Part shown: positions 8,492 to 17,795 of the stretch, piece after piece | Layout: the number at the start of each line of letters is the position of its first letter | Position numbering within the stretch: the first letter of the stretch is position 1 | From: Parcubacteria group bacterium | GTDB lineage: Bacteria > Patescibacteriota > Patescibacteriia > UBA1558 > GWA2-36-10 | Length of the DNA: 47,496 nt | NCBI GenBank assembly: GCA_003104935.1 | Contig: PQAE01000005.1 | Location: forward strand, 68,034 to 115,529 | Direction of reading: 5' to 3' | Translations under genes and position numbers: made by a program | The notes under the pieces: generated by a model | What the model was told of the DNA's origin: nothing | Databases searched by the model: none | Seen by the model: the letters and a program-made list of their open reading frames with translations, nothing else

Positions 8492-9688
8492 TTATTTTAT
8501 TTTTCCGAATTTTCTTTTGCCGGCCTGAATGACGTCGCCGGATTTTATAGTAATGTTCTTTTGCCAGTCAACAACTTTATTATGATTTAATTTTAGACCG
8601 CCGCCCTCAACCAATCGTTTGGCTTCACTTTTAGAATTGATAAACTTCATAGCCATTAGTAGATCAATTGGATTGATCGAGCCGGGTTTGACGCCGAATA
8701 CTTTTATGTCTTCGGGATTTTCCTTTTTGGAAAAAACTTTTTCAAACTCCCGGCCGGCTTTCATAGCCGCGTCCTTGCCGTGAAATATTTTGGTGATTTC
8801 ATAGGCCAATCTGGCTTTGGCATTTCGCGGATTGGGGATATCGACTAATAATTTAATTTCCTTCATCGGTATCCGGGTGCAGAGCTCAAAACCAGGTAAG
8901 ATCATGCCATCGGTCCAAGACATCACTTTACCGTACATATCTTTAGCACTGTCCTTGAGCGCTAGCATATTGCCTTCGGTTTTACCCATTTTTTTGCCGG
9001 TTTGATCTTCCAAGAGTTTCATGGTCAGCACGAATTTGTCTTTATGCAACATAGTTTTGGAAAGATCACGGCCGCTGAGCATGTTAAAAGTCTGATCATT
9101 GCCGCCCAACTCGCCGTCTACTTTCATGGCAATACAATCATAGGCCTGGAGTAAAGGATAGAGAAACTCATGTAGGCTGATAGGACGGCTATTTTTTATG
9201 CGCTCCTGAAACATATCCCGCTCCAGGAGTTGTTGGACTGTAAAATGGCTGGCTACTTCCATTATCTTTGGAAATTGTAACTTGTCATGCCAATCACTAT
9301 TATATTTCCACAGAGCTTTATTTGGTCCGGTAAAATCCAGGAATTTAGCCGCTTGTTTTTTATAGTCCTTAGCATTTGACAGCACCTGTGCTCTAGTCAA
9401 AGGTTGCCGGGTAGCTTTTTTATCGGTCGGGTCGCCAACCATGGCAGTAAAATCACCGATCAGTAAGATAACCTGATGGCCTAGTTCCTGAAAAGCCCGC
9501 AGTTTTTCCAGGTTGATAGCGTGCCCCAGGTGTAAGCTATCGCCGGTCGGGTCGATACCGAGGTAGAGGCTCAGTCTCTGGCCGCTACGGAGTAGTTTTT
9601 CCAAATATTCCCGGTTGGGATAGACATTGGAAACGCTTCTAGTGAGTAGTTCTTGAATTTTTTCCCGATCAGTGTTAATTTTAGGCAT
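8492..9688 (-). CDS. tyrS: Tyrosyl-tRNA synthetase
   Basis: HIGH motif (SLHLGH), KMSKS variant (KMGKT), and a C-terminal S4-like domain. Confidence 0.92.
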   Translation of the reverse strand: MPKINTDREKIQELLTRSVSNVYPNREYLEKLLRSGQRLSLYLGIDPTGDSLHLGHAINLEKLRAFQELGHQVILLIGDFTAMVGDPTDKKATRQPLTRAQVLSNAKDYKKQAAKFLDFTGPNKALWKYNSDWHDKLQFPKIMEVASHFTVQQLLERDMFQERIKNSRPISLHEFLYPLLQAYDCIAMKVDGELGGNDQTFNMLSGRDLSKTMLHKDKFVLTMKLLEDQTGKKMGKTEGNMLALKDSAKDMYGKVMSWTDGMILPGFELCTRIPMKEIKLLVDIPNPRNAKARLAYEITKIFHGKDAAMKAGREFEKVFSKKENPEDIKVFGVKPGSINPIDLLMAMKFINSKSEAKRLVEGGGLKLNHNKVVDWQKNITIKSGDVIQAGKRKFGKIK

Positions 9689-9708
9689 ACTTTGACTTAA
9701 TAATTATA

Positions 9709-9737
9709 TTCAAATTATAACCTATTTCTGCTATAAT
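9709..9737 (+). promoter_or_regulatory. Promoter TTCAAA-17-TATAAT with extended -10 (TGcTATAAT)
   Basis: Located 18 nt upstream of the PBP start codon. Confidence 0.4.
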
Positions 9738-9754
9738 TCAAATACTTATACTTT

Positions 9755-12673
9755 ATGCCCATCCCCCAGCTTCAAAGCAGTTTTTCCCGCCGCAAGATAG
9801 GAGAGGATAGAGCCACCTTTAGTCACCACCCTCTGTCCAGCGGCGCATCTAGTAGTAATCAGGGAAACACTAGATCGTTTTTTTCTTTTGGCCGGAAAAA
9901 AACCGATCGGCCCCGCGGTGGGTGCTGGTTTAAAAGGCTGTTGCCGATTTTGCTGGTACTAATTTTTTTAGGGGGCATATTTTTAATCGGCGCTTTTGCC
10001 TGGTATTCCCGCGACCTGCCTGACCCCTACAAGATCAAAGACCGTTCCATTGCCCAGACCACCAAGTTTTATGACCAGAGCGGGCAGACCTTGCTTTATG
10101 AACTGCATGGTCAGGAAAGCCGTACGTTAGTTTCTATAAATGATATACCGAAAAACGTAGTGAACGCTACGATTGCCATCGAGGACAAAAATTTTTACAA
10201 CCACGGCGGCATTTCGCTTTGGGGAATTTTGCGGGGCCAGATTGTGCCCCGTCTGCGGGGTCAGCGCGCTCAGGGCGGATCGACGCTTACTCAGCAATTT
10301 GTCAAAAATGCCATTTTGACAAACGAAAGAACCTTGCCTCGTAAGATAAAAGAATGGATTTTATCCTATCAAATCGAGAAAAAGTTCAGTAAACAGGAAA
10401 TACTCCAGTTGTACTTTAATGAAATACCCTATGGCGGCTTAGTTTATGGAGTGGAAGCCGCTGCCCGTTATTATTTTGATAAACCGGTTAAGGATTTGAC
10501 TCTGGCCGAGGCCGCCATTTTAGCGGCGCTGCCTCAGTCGCCGACCACGTACTCGCCTTATGGCAATCATAAAGACCGGCTGATCTCCCGCCAGCACACT
10601 ATTTTGGATTTGATGGTCGAGCAGGACTACGTGACTCGGGATGAGGCCGAGGCGGCGAAGACCCAGGAATTAAAATTTAAAAAAAGGGCGGAGCAGATCC
10701 GAGCGCCGCATTTTGTAATGTATGTCAAGGAGTTGTTGGGGCAAAAATACGGCGACACTATGGTGGAGACTAGCGGCTGGAAAATTATTACTACCTTGAA
10801 TTGGGAGGCCCAGCAAAAAGCCGAACAAATTATCAATGAACAAGCTCCAGCTAATTTGGAAAAATATGGGGCCAATAATGCCGCTCTGGTTTCCATCGAC
10901 GTGCCCAGCGGCGACATCGTCGCCATGGTCGGCTCCAAGGATTACTTTGACGATAGCATAGATGGACAAGTAAACGTCACCCTAGCACCTAGGCAACCAG
11001 GAAGCTCGATGAAGCCATTTGTGTATCTAGCCGCTTTTATCAAGGGTTATCGTCCGGAGACCATGCTCTTTGATCTGGTGACCAACTTTGCTGCGGCCGG
11101 AGATCCTTACATACCTCATAATTATGACCTCAAAGAAAGAGGGCCGGTCTCCATGCGCCAGGCCTTGGCCGGATCGCTGAATATCCCGGCGGTCAAAACT
11201 ATTTATTTGGCCGGCATTAATAACGTTTTGGATCTGGCGGAAAAATTTGGTTACACTACGCTCAAGGACCGGAGTCGTTATGGCCTATCATTGGTCTTGG
11301 GAGGAGCGGAGGTAAAATTATTGGAGCACACCAATGCTTATGCCGCCTTGGCTCGCGAGGGAATATATCAAGAACCGGTGGCAGTTTTAAAAATAGAAGA
11401 CAGCAGCAGCAAAATAATTGAGGAAAATCAGGAAAGTCCCGGACTGCGCGTCGCCGACCGCAAATTTGTCCGTATTTTAAACGGGATTTTATCGGATAAT
11501 CCGGCCCGAGCTTTCATCTTCGGTGAAAGTAATTATCTGGCCTTAGGAGACAGACCAGTGGCCGCCAAGACCGGTACTACCAATGATTATCACGACGCTT
11601 GGACCATGGGCTTTACTCCGGATAAAGTCACGGGCGTCTGGGTGGGTAATAATGACAATACCGCGATGAAAAAAGGCGCCGACGGGTCTATTTTAGCGGC
11701 GCCGATTTGGAATAAGTTCATGCAGGAAATTACTAAAAATGATCCGGTCAAACAATTCCCTATAGAGACCCTAGAGTCCTGTGATAAACCGATGCTTTGC
11801 GGTAAACTGGGAGATGAAAAGATAGTTAAGATTGATAAGATGTCCGGCAAGCTAGCTACTCAATATACTCCCTATGACCAAATCGAGGAAAGAAAGATTA
11901 TGGAGGTGCATGATATTTTACAGTATGTCAACATCAACGATCCATCGGGCGAGCCTCTAGACAATCCAGCTGATGATCCGCAGTATAATCTTTGGGAAAA
12001 ACCAGTAAAAAAGTGGGCTGAAGAAAATGGCTATACTGCTCAGGAAATTCCTACAGCCACTGATGATATACACCTTCCGGAATTGCAACCCAGCATAAGT
12101 TGGCAATCGCCTAGCGACAACTCCACTATCCGTTCGGCCGGTGTTTTTCTACAGGTACAGGCTACGGCGCCGCGGGGGGTGAGCCGAGTAGAATTTTTCC
12201 TGGATGAACAAAAGATCGGTCAAAGCACCAACCAGCCTTATAGTTTGAATTACCAAGTAAATCCCTTTTTAACCAGCGGCCGACACCAGCTCCGGGCTAT
12301 TGCCTTTGATGATCAGGGCAACTTTAAGGAAGCCGGACTGACCATAGATTTGCAACTAGATCAGGCGGCTAAAAATTTTAATATCACCTGGTTACAACCC
12401 AATAATGGCGACACGGTTAATACTAGTAATCTACCAATTAAATTAAAGTTGAATATTGATAAGCCACAAAATATAAAGAAAATAGACTTTTACTATTTGC
12501 GCCCGGATAATAATTCCGAATGGTTTGCGTACCGGGAAAACCCGAGTAGCAATAATCTAGAGTTGGATTGGGGACAGGGTTTACTATCCGGCGTCTATAA
12601 ACTTTATCTGGTCATAAAAGATCAGGGAGACAATGTCATTACCAGCCCGGCCATTATTTTAAATGTACAATAA
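9755..12673 (+). CDS. Class A penicillin-binding protein (transglycosylase/transpeptidase) with a C-terminal beta-rich extension
   Basis: GT51 motifs EDKNFYNHGG, GGSTLTQQ and RKIKE. Transpeptidase motifs SSMKP, SLN and KTGTT. About 200 aa of extra C-terminal repeats. Confidence 0.9.
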   Translation: MPIPQLQSSFSRRKIGEDRATFSHHPLSSGASSSNQGNTRSFFSFGRKKTDRPRGGCWFKRLLPILLVLIFLGGIFLIGAFAWYSRDLPDPYKIKDRSIAQTTKFYDQSGQTLLYELHGQESRTLVSINDIPKNVVNATIAIEDKNFYNHGGISLWGILRGQIVPRLRGQRAQGGSTLTQQFVKNAILTNERTLPRKIKEWILSYQIEKKFSKQEILQLYFNEIPYGGLVYGVEAAARYYFDKPVKDLTLAEAAILAALPQSPTTYSPYGNHKDRLISRQHTILDLMVEQDYVTRDEAEAAKTQELKFKKRAEQIRAPHFVMYVKELLGQKYGDTMVETSGWKIITTLNWEAQQKAEQIINEQAPANLEKYGANNAALVSIDVPSGDIVAMVGSKDYFDDSIDGQVNVTLAPRQPGSSMKPFVYLAAFIKGYRPETMLFDLVTNFAAAGDPYIPHNYDLKERGPVSMRQALAGSLNIPAVKTIYLAGINNVLDLAEKFGYTTLKDRSRYGLSLVLGGAEVKLLEHTNAYAALAREGIYQEPVAVLKIEDSSSKIIEENQESPGLRVADRKFVRILNGILSDNPARAFIFGESNYLALGDRPVAAKTGTTNDYHDAWTMGFTPDKVTGVWVGNNDNTAMKKGADGSILAAPIWNKFMQEITKNDPVKQFPIETLESCDKPMLCGKLGDEKIVKIDKMSGKLATQYTPYDQIEERKIMEVHDILQYVNINDPSGEPLDNPADDPQYNLWEKPVKKWAEENGYTAQEIPTATDDIHLPELQPSISWQSPSDNSTIRSAGVFLQVQATAPRGVSRVEFFLDEQKIGQSTNQPYSLNYQVNPFLTSGRHQLRAIAFDDQGNFKEAGLTIDLQLDQAAKNFNITWLQPNNGDTVNTSNLPIKLKLNIDKPQNIKKIDFYYLRPDNNSEWFAYRENPSSNNLELDWGQGLLSGVYKLYLVIKDQGDNVITSPAIILNVQ

Positions 12674-12679
12674 TTTTTC

Positions 12680-13501
12680 ATGACTATCTTCAGCCAGCAA
12701 GCCAGCGGTATATTAAAATTCGGTCAGATAAAACCCGAATTTTTTCATAGTGAAAGGATAAAAAACATCAGCGGTGACAGCCAAGCCGCTTTTTATCTGA
12801 TTGATAAACCGCGCGACATTCATTCTTTTAAAGCGGTGAGTATTTTGCGCCATATTTTGCAGATAAAAAAAGTGGGTTTTGCTGGCACGCTTGATCCGCT
12901 GGCTTCGGGTTTGTTGATTTTGGCCACCGGCCGGGCGACTAAGCTTTTAGATTGTTTTCATTATTTACCCAAGGATTACCAGGCTGATGTTTTGTTTGGG
13001 CAAACCTCAGAAACTTATGATTTGGAGGGGGCGGTGACAATAAATGAAAAAGCGCAGCCGTTTTCTCGGGTGGAATTAGAAAAGAAGTTAAAAAAATTTA
13101 TCGGCATTCAGGAGCAAACCGTGCCAATTTATTCGGCCAAAAAAATAGCGGGACATAAAATGCACGAGCTGGCCCGCCGAGGTCAAGAGGTCAGGGCGCC
13201 CCAGAGTACAGTAGAAATTTATTCATTAAATATTAAGGACTTTAATTGGCCGCGGCTCAAGCTGGAGGTGAGTTGTTCGGCCGGTACCTATATTCGTAGT
13301 TTGGCCCATGATTTGGGACAAGTAATGGGTACAGGAGCTCTACTGAGTGGTCTGCGGCGAGTGAAAATCGGCGATTTTAACGTTTCTCAGGCCTTAACCT
13401 GGGAAGAACTAAATGCGGCCAAATTAGCCCAAAAAAAACAGATCCCGGTCAAGGTGATCAAGCTTTTGCAGGATTATTTCTTTCAAAAAAGTAAGGATTG
13501 A
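12680..13501 (+). CDS. truB: tRNA pseudouridine-55 synthase
   Basis: Catalytic motif GTLDPLASGLL. Confidence 0.9.
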   Translation: MTIFSQQASGILKFGQIKPEFFHSERIKNISGDSQAAFYLIDKPRDIHSFKAVSILRHILQIKKVGFAGTLDPLASGLLILATGRATKLLDCFHYLPKDYQADVLFGQTSETYDLEGAVTINEKAQPFSRVELEKKLKKFIGIQEQTVPIYSAKKIAGHKMHELARRGQEVRAPQSTVEIYSLNIKDFNWPRLKLEVSCSAGTYIRSLAHDLGQVMGTGALLSGLRRVKIGDFNVSQALTWEELNAAKLAQKKQIPVKVIKLLQDYFFQKSKD

Positions 13502-13527
13502 GTTGTTTTGGTCGTGGGGCGCCGGGG

Positions 13528-13556
13528 TTGACTAAGGACGGGTTTAGTGTTAATAT
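13528..13556 (+). promoter_or_regulatory. Promoter TTGACT-17-TAATAT
   Basis: Located upstream of rpsT. The spacer contains GGGTTTAG, which is also in the tRNA-Glu promoter. Confidence 0.45.
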
Positions 13557-13595
13557 CTTTATGCTTTATTAATATTGTTAAATCAATTAGCATTT

Positions 13596-13877
13596 ATGCC
13601 AAATAAAAAAGCGGCGATTAAACACCTGCGCCAAACGGTCAAAAAAACTGCCCGTAATTTTTCCGTTAAAAAGCATATAAAAGATATCATCAAAAAAGGC
13701 GATAAGGCCATTGCTGACGGTAGCATCAAAGAAAAATCTGCCGAACTGATAAAATCCTTGCAACAGTCCGTGGACAAAGCAGTTAAGGCGGGGGTGCTCA
13801 AGCCTAATAACGGTAACCGCAAAAAAGCTAGATTTGTGGCAAAAATTAGAAAATCTCTGACCACAGGTAAAAATTAA
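13596..13877 (+). CDS. rpsT: 30S ribosomal protein S20
   Basis: MPNKKAAIKHLRQTVKKTARN. The ATG at 13596 is preferred over the TTG at 13575 used by the ORF track. Confidence 0.9.
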   Translation: MPNKKAAIKHLRQTVKKTARNFSVKKHIKDIIKKGDKAIADGSIKEKSAELIKSLQQSVDKAVKAGVLKPNNGNRKKARFVAKIRKSLTTGKN

Positions 13878-13892
13878 AATCTCATTTGTAAT

Positions 13893-13927
13893 AAAAACTC
13901 CCGACTCTTCAGAGTCGGGAGTTTTTT
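13893..13927. terminator. Bidirectional intrinsic terminator
   Basis: ctcccgactc/gagtcgggag form a 10-bp stem flanked by A5 and T6. It lies between the convergent rpsT and protease genes. Confidence 0.7.
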
Positions 13928-13935
13928 AGTCATAA

Positions 13936-16900
13936 TTATTCAAATTCGCAAGATGGTCTACAGTCACCGCCACCACTACCACTGCAATATCCTGAGCCTA
14001 GGCAGGTACCACCAGAAGGACAACCACAAACGCTACATTTAGGTACAGAGGAACCATTGCGACAGTAGAGAAATATTTGGTTAGGAAGACCCTGACATTG
14101 TCTATCATTGGTAATACCACAATGTGTACCTGTCTGGTGTGTGTTGCGCATGTCATGATAACGTTGGGGCCAATCACCAGTGCCAATATCAACGCCGGTC
14201 CACCAAACATAAACAGAGTCTCCACCACCGGAACCGGCGACGCTTCCGTCACCAGTTATTATTTCCAATTTACCATCATCATCCAAGTCGGTTACCAAAG
14301 GGGGATAGTCAGATATTTGATATTCGGTGTATTTGGGCCAGTCACCAGTTTTTATACTACCATTACTTTCTATAGCCACGACTTTAGAAGTAATTTCCAA
14401 GGCGGAATTAATAGCATTGACCAAAATTTCAGCATCGCCATCATCATCTATGTCCGCTATAATGGGCATACTTTTGGCCATACCAGAAATAATAGCCGGC
14501 CAGGAACCACTTAAAGAAGTGCCATCTCCGCTCCAAGCCCAAATTTTATTGTCGTTGCTATTAATAGTAATATCCAAATTACCATCACCATCAATATCTC
14601 CGATAGCCGGAGCATCAACTACGCTGTTATTACTACCCAGAGATTTCGGCCAGTTAGAATTAAAATTGCTACCATCTTGTTTTAAAACATAAAGCTTATT
14701 ATCATAATTATTCGTGCCCACAACTATTTCTTCCAGGTCATCATTATTAAAATCAGCTAGGGCAACCGAACTACCAATATAAGCGGGCAGACTAATAGTT
14801 GCGGCCAGGCTGCCGTTATCATTTAATATCTTAATAGCCCCGGTTACTGGTGATCCGGCCACAGGCACACCAATTACAATTTCTAAACGCCCATCGCCAT
14901 CGGTATCTCCTACGGCTGGCGCACCCATAGGGGTAGTATTTAAGCTATAAGACCAAAGCAGTGTCCCGGTCCTATTCCAAACATAAATATGTCCATCATT
15001 AGTGGTTACCACGACCTCCAAATGGTGGTCGTTATTAATATCAGCTAGAATAGGAGATAAGCCAGCTATTTGTCCGGAGACAGATTTGTTTTCCCAACCA
15101 GAGAGGATATTACCACTCTGATCCCAGACGTATAAATTACTATTGGCGGCACCAGCTACAATTTCTAAATCGCCATCTTCATCTAAGTCTCCAATGGCGG
15201 GAGTAGCAGTAATGGAATTACCCACGTTTTTTGGCCAGCTACTATTATGTAATGCGCCGTTATGATTAAAAACGTACATTTTACCAGAGGTGGTACCAGC
15301 GATGATTTCCTGATCATCATCATTGTCTAGGTCGGCCGTGGTCAGAGCTCCGTAGACCGGACTGTCAGTGCGGAAGATAGACCGTTCATTTATTGGGATA
15401 ACCGTTTTATCGACAGTAGTTAATGTTTGTTGTGTGCCGGGATCAATAGAACCAACGGTAAGACGCAAAGAGATAAGAGAGGTGCCAGAGGGCAGAGAAT
15501 TGCCGTAGAGAGTTCCTAGGAAGCCATCTTTTACTGGAGTGGAAGATGAATAGAACAGATTCCAGGAGCTAGGATAAGCGCCGATGCCATATTCTAAGTT
15601 AAAATAATCAAAGTCTGTGTCGGGATCTGTGCTGGTGGCAGTACCAGTAATAGTGATAATTGTTTTGGGATTCATAGACTTATTATCAAACCAAGGGTCT
15701 AATTTGGCTATAGGAATAGCCAAATTATTATCTACAGCATTTTTTACATAATTTAGAGCTTGATAAGCATCAATACGACCAGTACCAAAATACTCATTAC
15801 CGCTTACTGGATCCACGGCAGTACGGATAATACTTCTAACCTGATCATTTGTTAAATCTGGTTTTATGCTTTTCATCAAACCAATTAGGCCGGCTACCAT
15901 AGGTGCAGAAACAGAGGTGCCGCCAGAGTATTGGTAGCCATCAGCACCAATAGTAGTCCAGATATTAAAAGAGGAGGCCACGTCGGCCCAAGCCCCATAG
16001 GGCGAACTAGCGCTGGGCGGTGTCCCGATAATACGAGTGTCGTTTTGATTTGATCCGGTGACAGCAATAACTTGAGGAAATTGAGCAGGATAACTTCGCA
16101 CATCGGCGTTTTCATTTAGCGATCCAGCCACTACAGGAACGTTAGCGGCTTCGGCATAGGACACCGCTAGAGAGTTAAATAAGCTAAAGGAATGTTCTTG
16201 GCTAACACTAATGACATCGGCACCGCGATCCACAGCGTATTGTATAGCCTGATATTCATTAGGGTTTCTCAGTAGCATCGCTCGGCAGTTCCAACAGAGC
16301 GAAGCAACGCCCAGATTATTATTGGTTGTGGCAAGGGCGGAACCAACAACGACTGTTCCGTGGTCGCCACCAGTTACAGTATTATTGTTATTAATAAAAT
16401 TCCAGCCGATAAAGTCATCGATTTTTCCGTCGGCATCATCATCAACGTTATTTATATCCCCGGGGTCATATTGCCAAGCGCCCTCCACCTGTTCTATCAC
16501 GTGGCCATCTTGGTCTGCGTCTTCGCCCAAATTTTGCCATATATTGTCAATCAAGTCAGGATGCGTCCAGTTGTTGAATCCCGCGGTTTCTATGAAGGCA
16601 ATGACGGTAGAGGGAGTACCAGTACTGATATCCCACGCGGCCTCTGAGTTATAATGATTAACATCATGTTGCCATTGATTAGGATAATTTACCTGGTCAT
16701 TATAGATAGTATCGTTGGGGACGGTGGTCGGTTTGCCAATCAAACTAAGCTCTGCGCTGGTAATTTTATTATCATCAGAGAGAGCCCTGGTGATTTGTCT
16801 AGTGTCAACATCGGAACTAAAATTAATAATGTAAGCACGGTCCATGCCGAGGGATTTTTTTAGGGAATAATTTGGATTTTTGGTGCCGACATCAAAAAGC

Positions 16901-17241
16901 GGTTCTATAGAATCAACCCTGGCGTTAGTCAGTCCGGCGGTCCTTAATTTGCCGTCTATATAGCCGCTTATTCCCTGAGTGCTGTTTAATCCAGAGTTTT
17001 TTGCCAACATGATGTTTATCACATTAGGAACAAAGTCTTGTCCTGGTATCAGGGACTCTAGACTTGGTCCTAGCAGGGGTATGTGTTGCCCACCAGTTAT
17101 AGGTTCTCGTCTTTTAAATCCGGCTTCACTAGCCGGCCCAAAGTAGTAAAGAATGCTTAAAATGGCAGTGAAAACCGCAAAAATGGTTAGAAAAAAACCG
17201 CTTATTAAGTAGCGATTACGCAAAAGTTTAGCAGGGAGCAT
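13936..17241 (-). CDS. Membrane-anchored subtilase (peptidase S8)-like protein with about 8 FG-GAP/VCBS repeats and a Cys/Gly-rich C-terminus
   Basis: N-terminal TM helix. S8 His (DHGTVVVG) and Ser (GGTSVSAPMVAG) motifs are present, but the Asp-motif position reads IAFIETAG. It has repeated xDxDxDGxxEIV motifs and a C-terminal 60 aa containing 13 Cys. Confidence 0.8.
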   Translation of the reverse strand: MLPAKLLRNRYLISGFFLTIFAVFTAILSILYYFGPASEAGFKRREPITGGQHIPLLGPSLESLIPGQDFVPNVINIMLAKNSGLNSTQGISGYIDGKLRTAGLTNARVDSIEPLFDVGTKNPNYSLKKSLGMDRAYIINFSSDVDTRQITRALSDDNKITSAELSLIGKPTTVPNDTIYNDQVNYPNQWQHDVNHYNSEAAWDISTGTPSTVIAFIETAGFNNWTHPDLIDNIWQNLGEDADQDGHVIEQVEGAWQYDPGDINNVDDDADGKIDDFIGWNFINNNNTVTGGDHGTVVVGSALATTNNNLGVASLCWNCRAMLLRNPNEYQAIQYAVDRGADVISVSQEHSFSLFNSLAVSYAEAANVPVVAGSLNENADVRSYPAQFPQVIAVTGSNQNDTRIIGTPPSASSPYGAWADVASSFNIWTTIGADGYQYSGGTSVSAPMVAGLIGLMKSIKPDLTNDQVRSIIRTAVDPVSGNEYFGTGRIDAYQALNYVKNAVDNNLAIPIAKLDPWFDNKSMNPKTIITITGTATSTDPDTDFDYFNLEYGIGAYPSSWNLFYSSSTPVKDGFLGTLYGNSLPSGTSLISLRLTVGSIDPGTQQTLTTVDKTVIPINERSIFRTDSPVYGALTTADLDNDDDQEIIAGTTSGKMYVFNHNGALHNSSWPKNVGNSITATPAIGDLDEDGDLEIVAGAANSNLYVWDQSGNILSGWENKSVSGQIAGLSPILADINNDHHLEVVVTTNDGHIYVWNRTGTLLWSYSLNTTPMGAPAVGDTDGDGRLEIVIGVPVAGSPVTGAIKILNDNGSLAATISLPAYIGSSVALADFNNDDLEEIVVGTNNYDNKLYVLKQDGSNFNSNWPKSLGSNNSVVDAPAIGDIDGDGNLDITINSNDNKIWAWSGDGTSLSGSWPAIISGMAKSMPIIADIDDDGDAEILVNAINSALEITSKVVAIESNGSIKTGDWPKYTEYQISDYPPLVTDLDDDGKLEIITGDGSVAGSGGGDSVYVWWTGVDIGTGDWPQRYHDMRNTHQTGTHCGITNDRQCQGLPNQIFLYCRNGSSVPKCSVCGCPSGGTCLGSGYCSGSGGGDCRPSCEFE

Positions 17242-17268
17242 ATTCTTTTCTTTAATTATTATATGGGT

Positions 17269-17297
17269 ATTATAACAAGAAAAAAAATTTTTGCCAA
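17269..17297 (-). promoter_or_regulatory. Promoter TTGGCA-17-TATAAT
   Basis: On the minus strand: -35 at 17292-17297 and -10 at 17269-17274, 28 nt upstream of the protease ATG. Confidence 0.45.
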
Positions 17298-17339
17298 AAG
17301 GAGATAAAAGGTGAATTCTCCTTCATTTAACCAAGAACT

Positions 17340-17625
17340 AATAACCTACAAACTTCGGGGGTAGGGTAGGTATTTTTAGTATAGCCCTATTTGACCCCAT
17401 AAGCGACAGGCCTCAATGCTTGCCTGCCCGCTACGGCCAAGTCCGTAAGGCTTTAACAGGTGGGGTATGGGGGGTACCTTATTGCACCGTAGGAGCATAT
17501 GTAAAGAAGTGAATAAAATAATAAATGGTGCTGTCGCTACGGGGCGAGACGTGGTTCTATTTGCCATTTAGATGAAAAACAAGCCCTAGTGCCTGGCACT
17601 AGGGTACTCTTATTTTCTTGACAAA
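17340..17625. ncRNA. Structured non-coding region of unassigned family and strand
   Basis: No credible ORF. Long-range complementarity: agcgacag 17402-17409 with ctgtcgct 17531-17538, and ctacgg 17431-17436 with ccgtag 17487-17492. There are several local hairpins. The region ends in the hairpin ccctagtgcc/ggcactaggg, which has U-rich tails on both strands. Confidence 0.3.
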
Positions 17626-17627
17626 AT

Positions 17628-17655
17628 ACAGATCAATTCTATAATATAGCCAGCT
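17628..17655 (+). promoter_or_regulatory. Promoter TTGACA-16-TATAAT
   Basis: Both hexamers are consensus. No + strand CDS follows. Confidence 0.5.
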
Positions 17656-17661
17656 TGGTCT

Positions 17662-17788
17662 CTGCGTCCGAAATACGGCCTGAGGTCAAGACTATGCCAT
17701 TGCGATGGCATCACCCGCCCTACGGCGGGGCGCGCGACAGCAGGGGCTAGTGCTCGGTACTAGCCCCTGTTTTCTTTTAGTTGAAATA
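17662..17788 (+). ncRNA. Candidate small RNA (~125 nt), family unknown
   Basis: Bounded by the consensus promoter and an 11-bp terminator (caggggctagt/actagcccctg plus ttttctttt). Internal hairpins are atgccat-tgcg-atggcat and cccgcc-ctac-ggcggg. Confidence 0.45.
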
Positions 17789-17795
17789 TACAAAT

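Noticed and set aside
13998-16863. Numerous 70-145-aa ORFs on both strands inside the protease gene.
   Set aside because: All are nested in the 1101-aa ORF, which has clear S8 and FG-GAP motifs. Repetitive Asp/Gly/Asn codons keep alternative frames open.
17376-17567. 63-aa ORF on the minus strand in the holA-protease spacer.
   Set aside because: It has no RBS, no recognisable family, and a composition typical of structured RNA. It lies inside a region with nested long-range pairings, so I treat it as non-coding.
17340-17788. Possible RNase P RNA, tmRNA, SRP (4.5S) RNA or 6S RNA.
   Set aside because: I searched by eye on both strands for GGAAAGUCC and ACAGAA (P4), a 3' T-arm plus CCA, and the GGAA-tetraloop/AGCA helix-8 motif. 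None was present, so the family is left unassigned rather than guessed.
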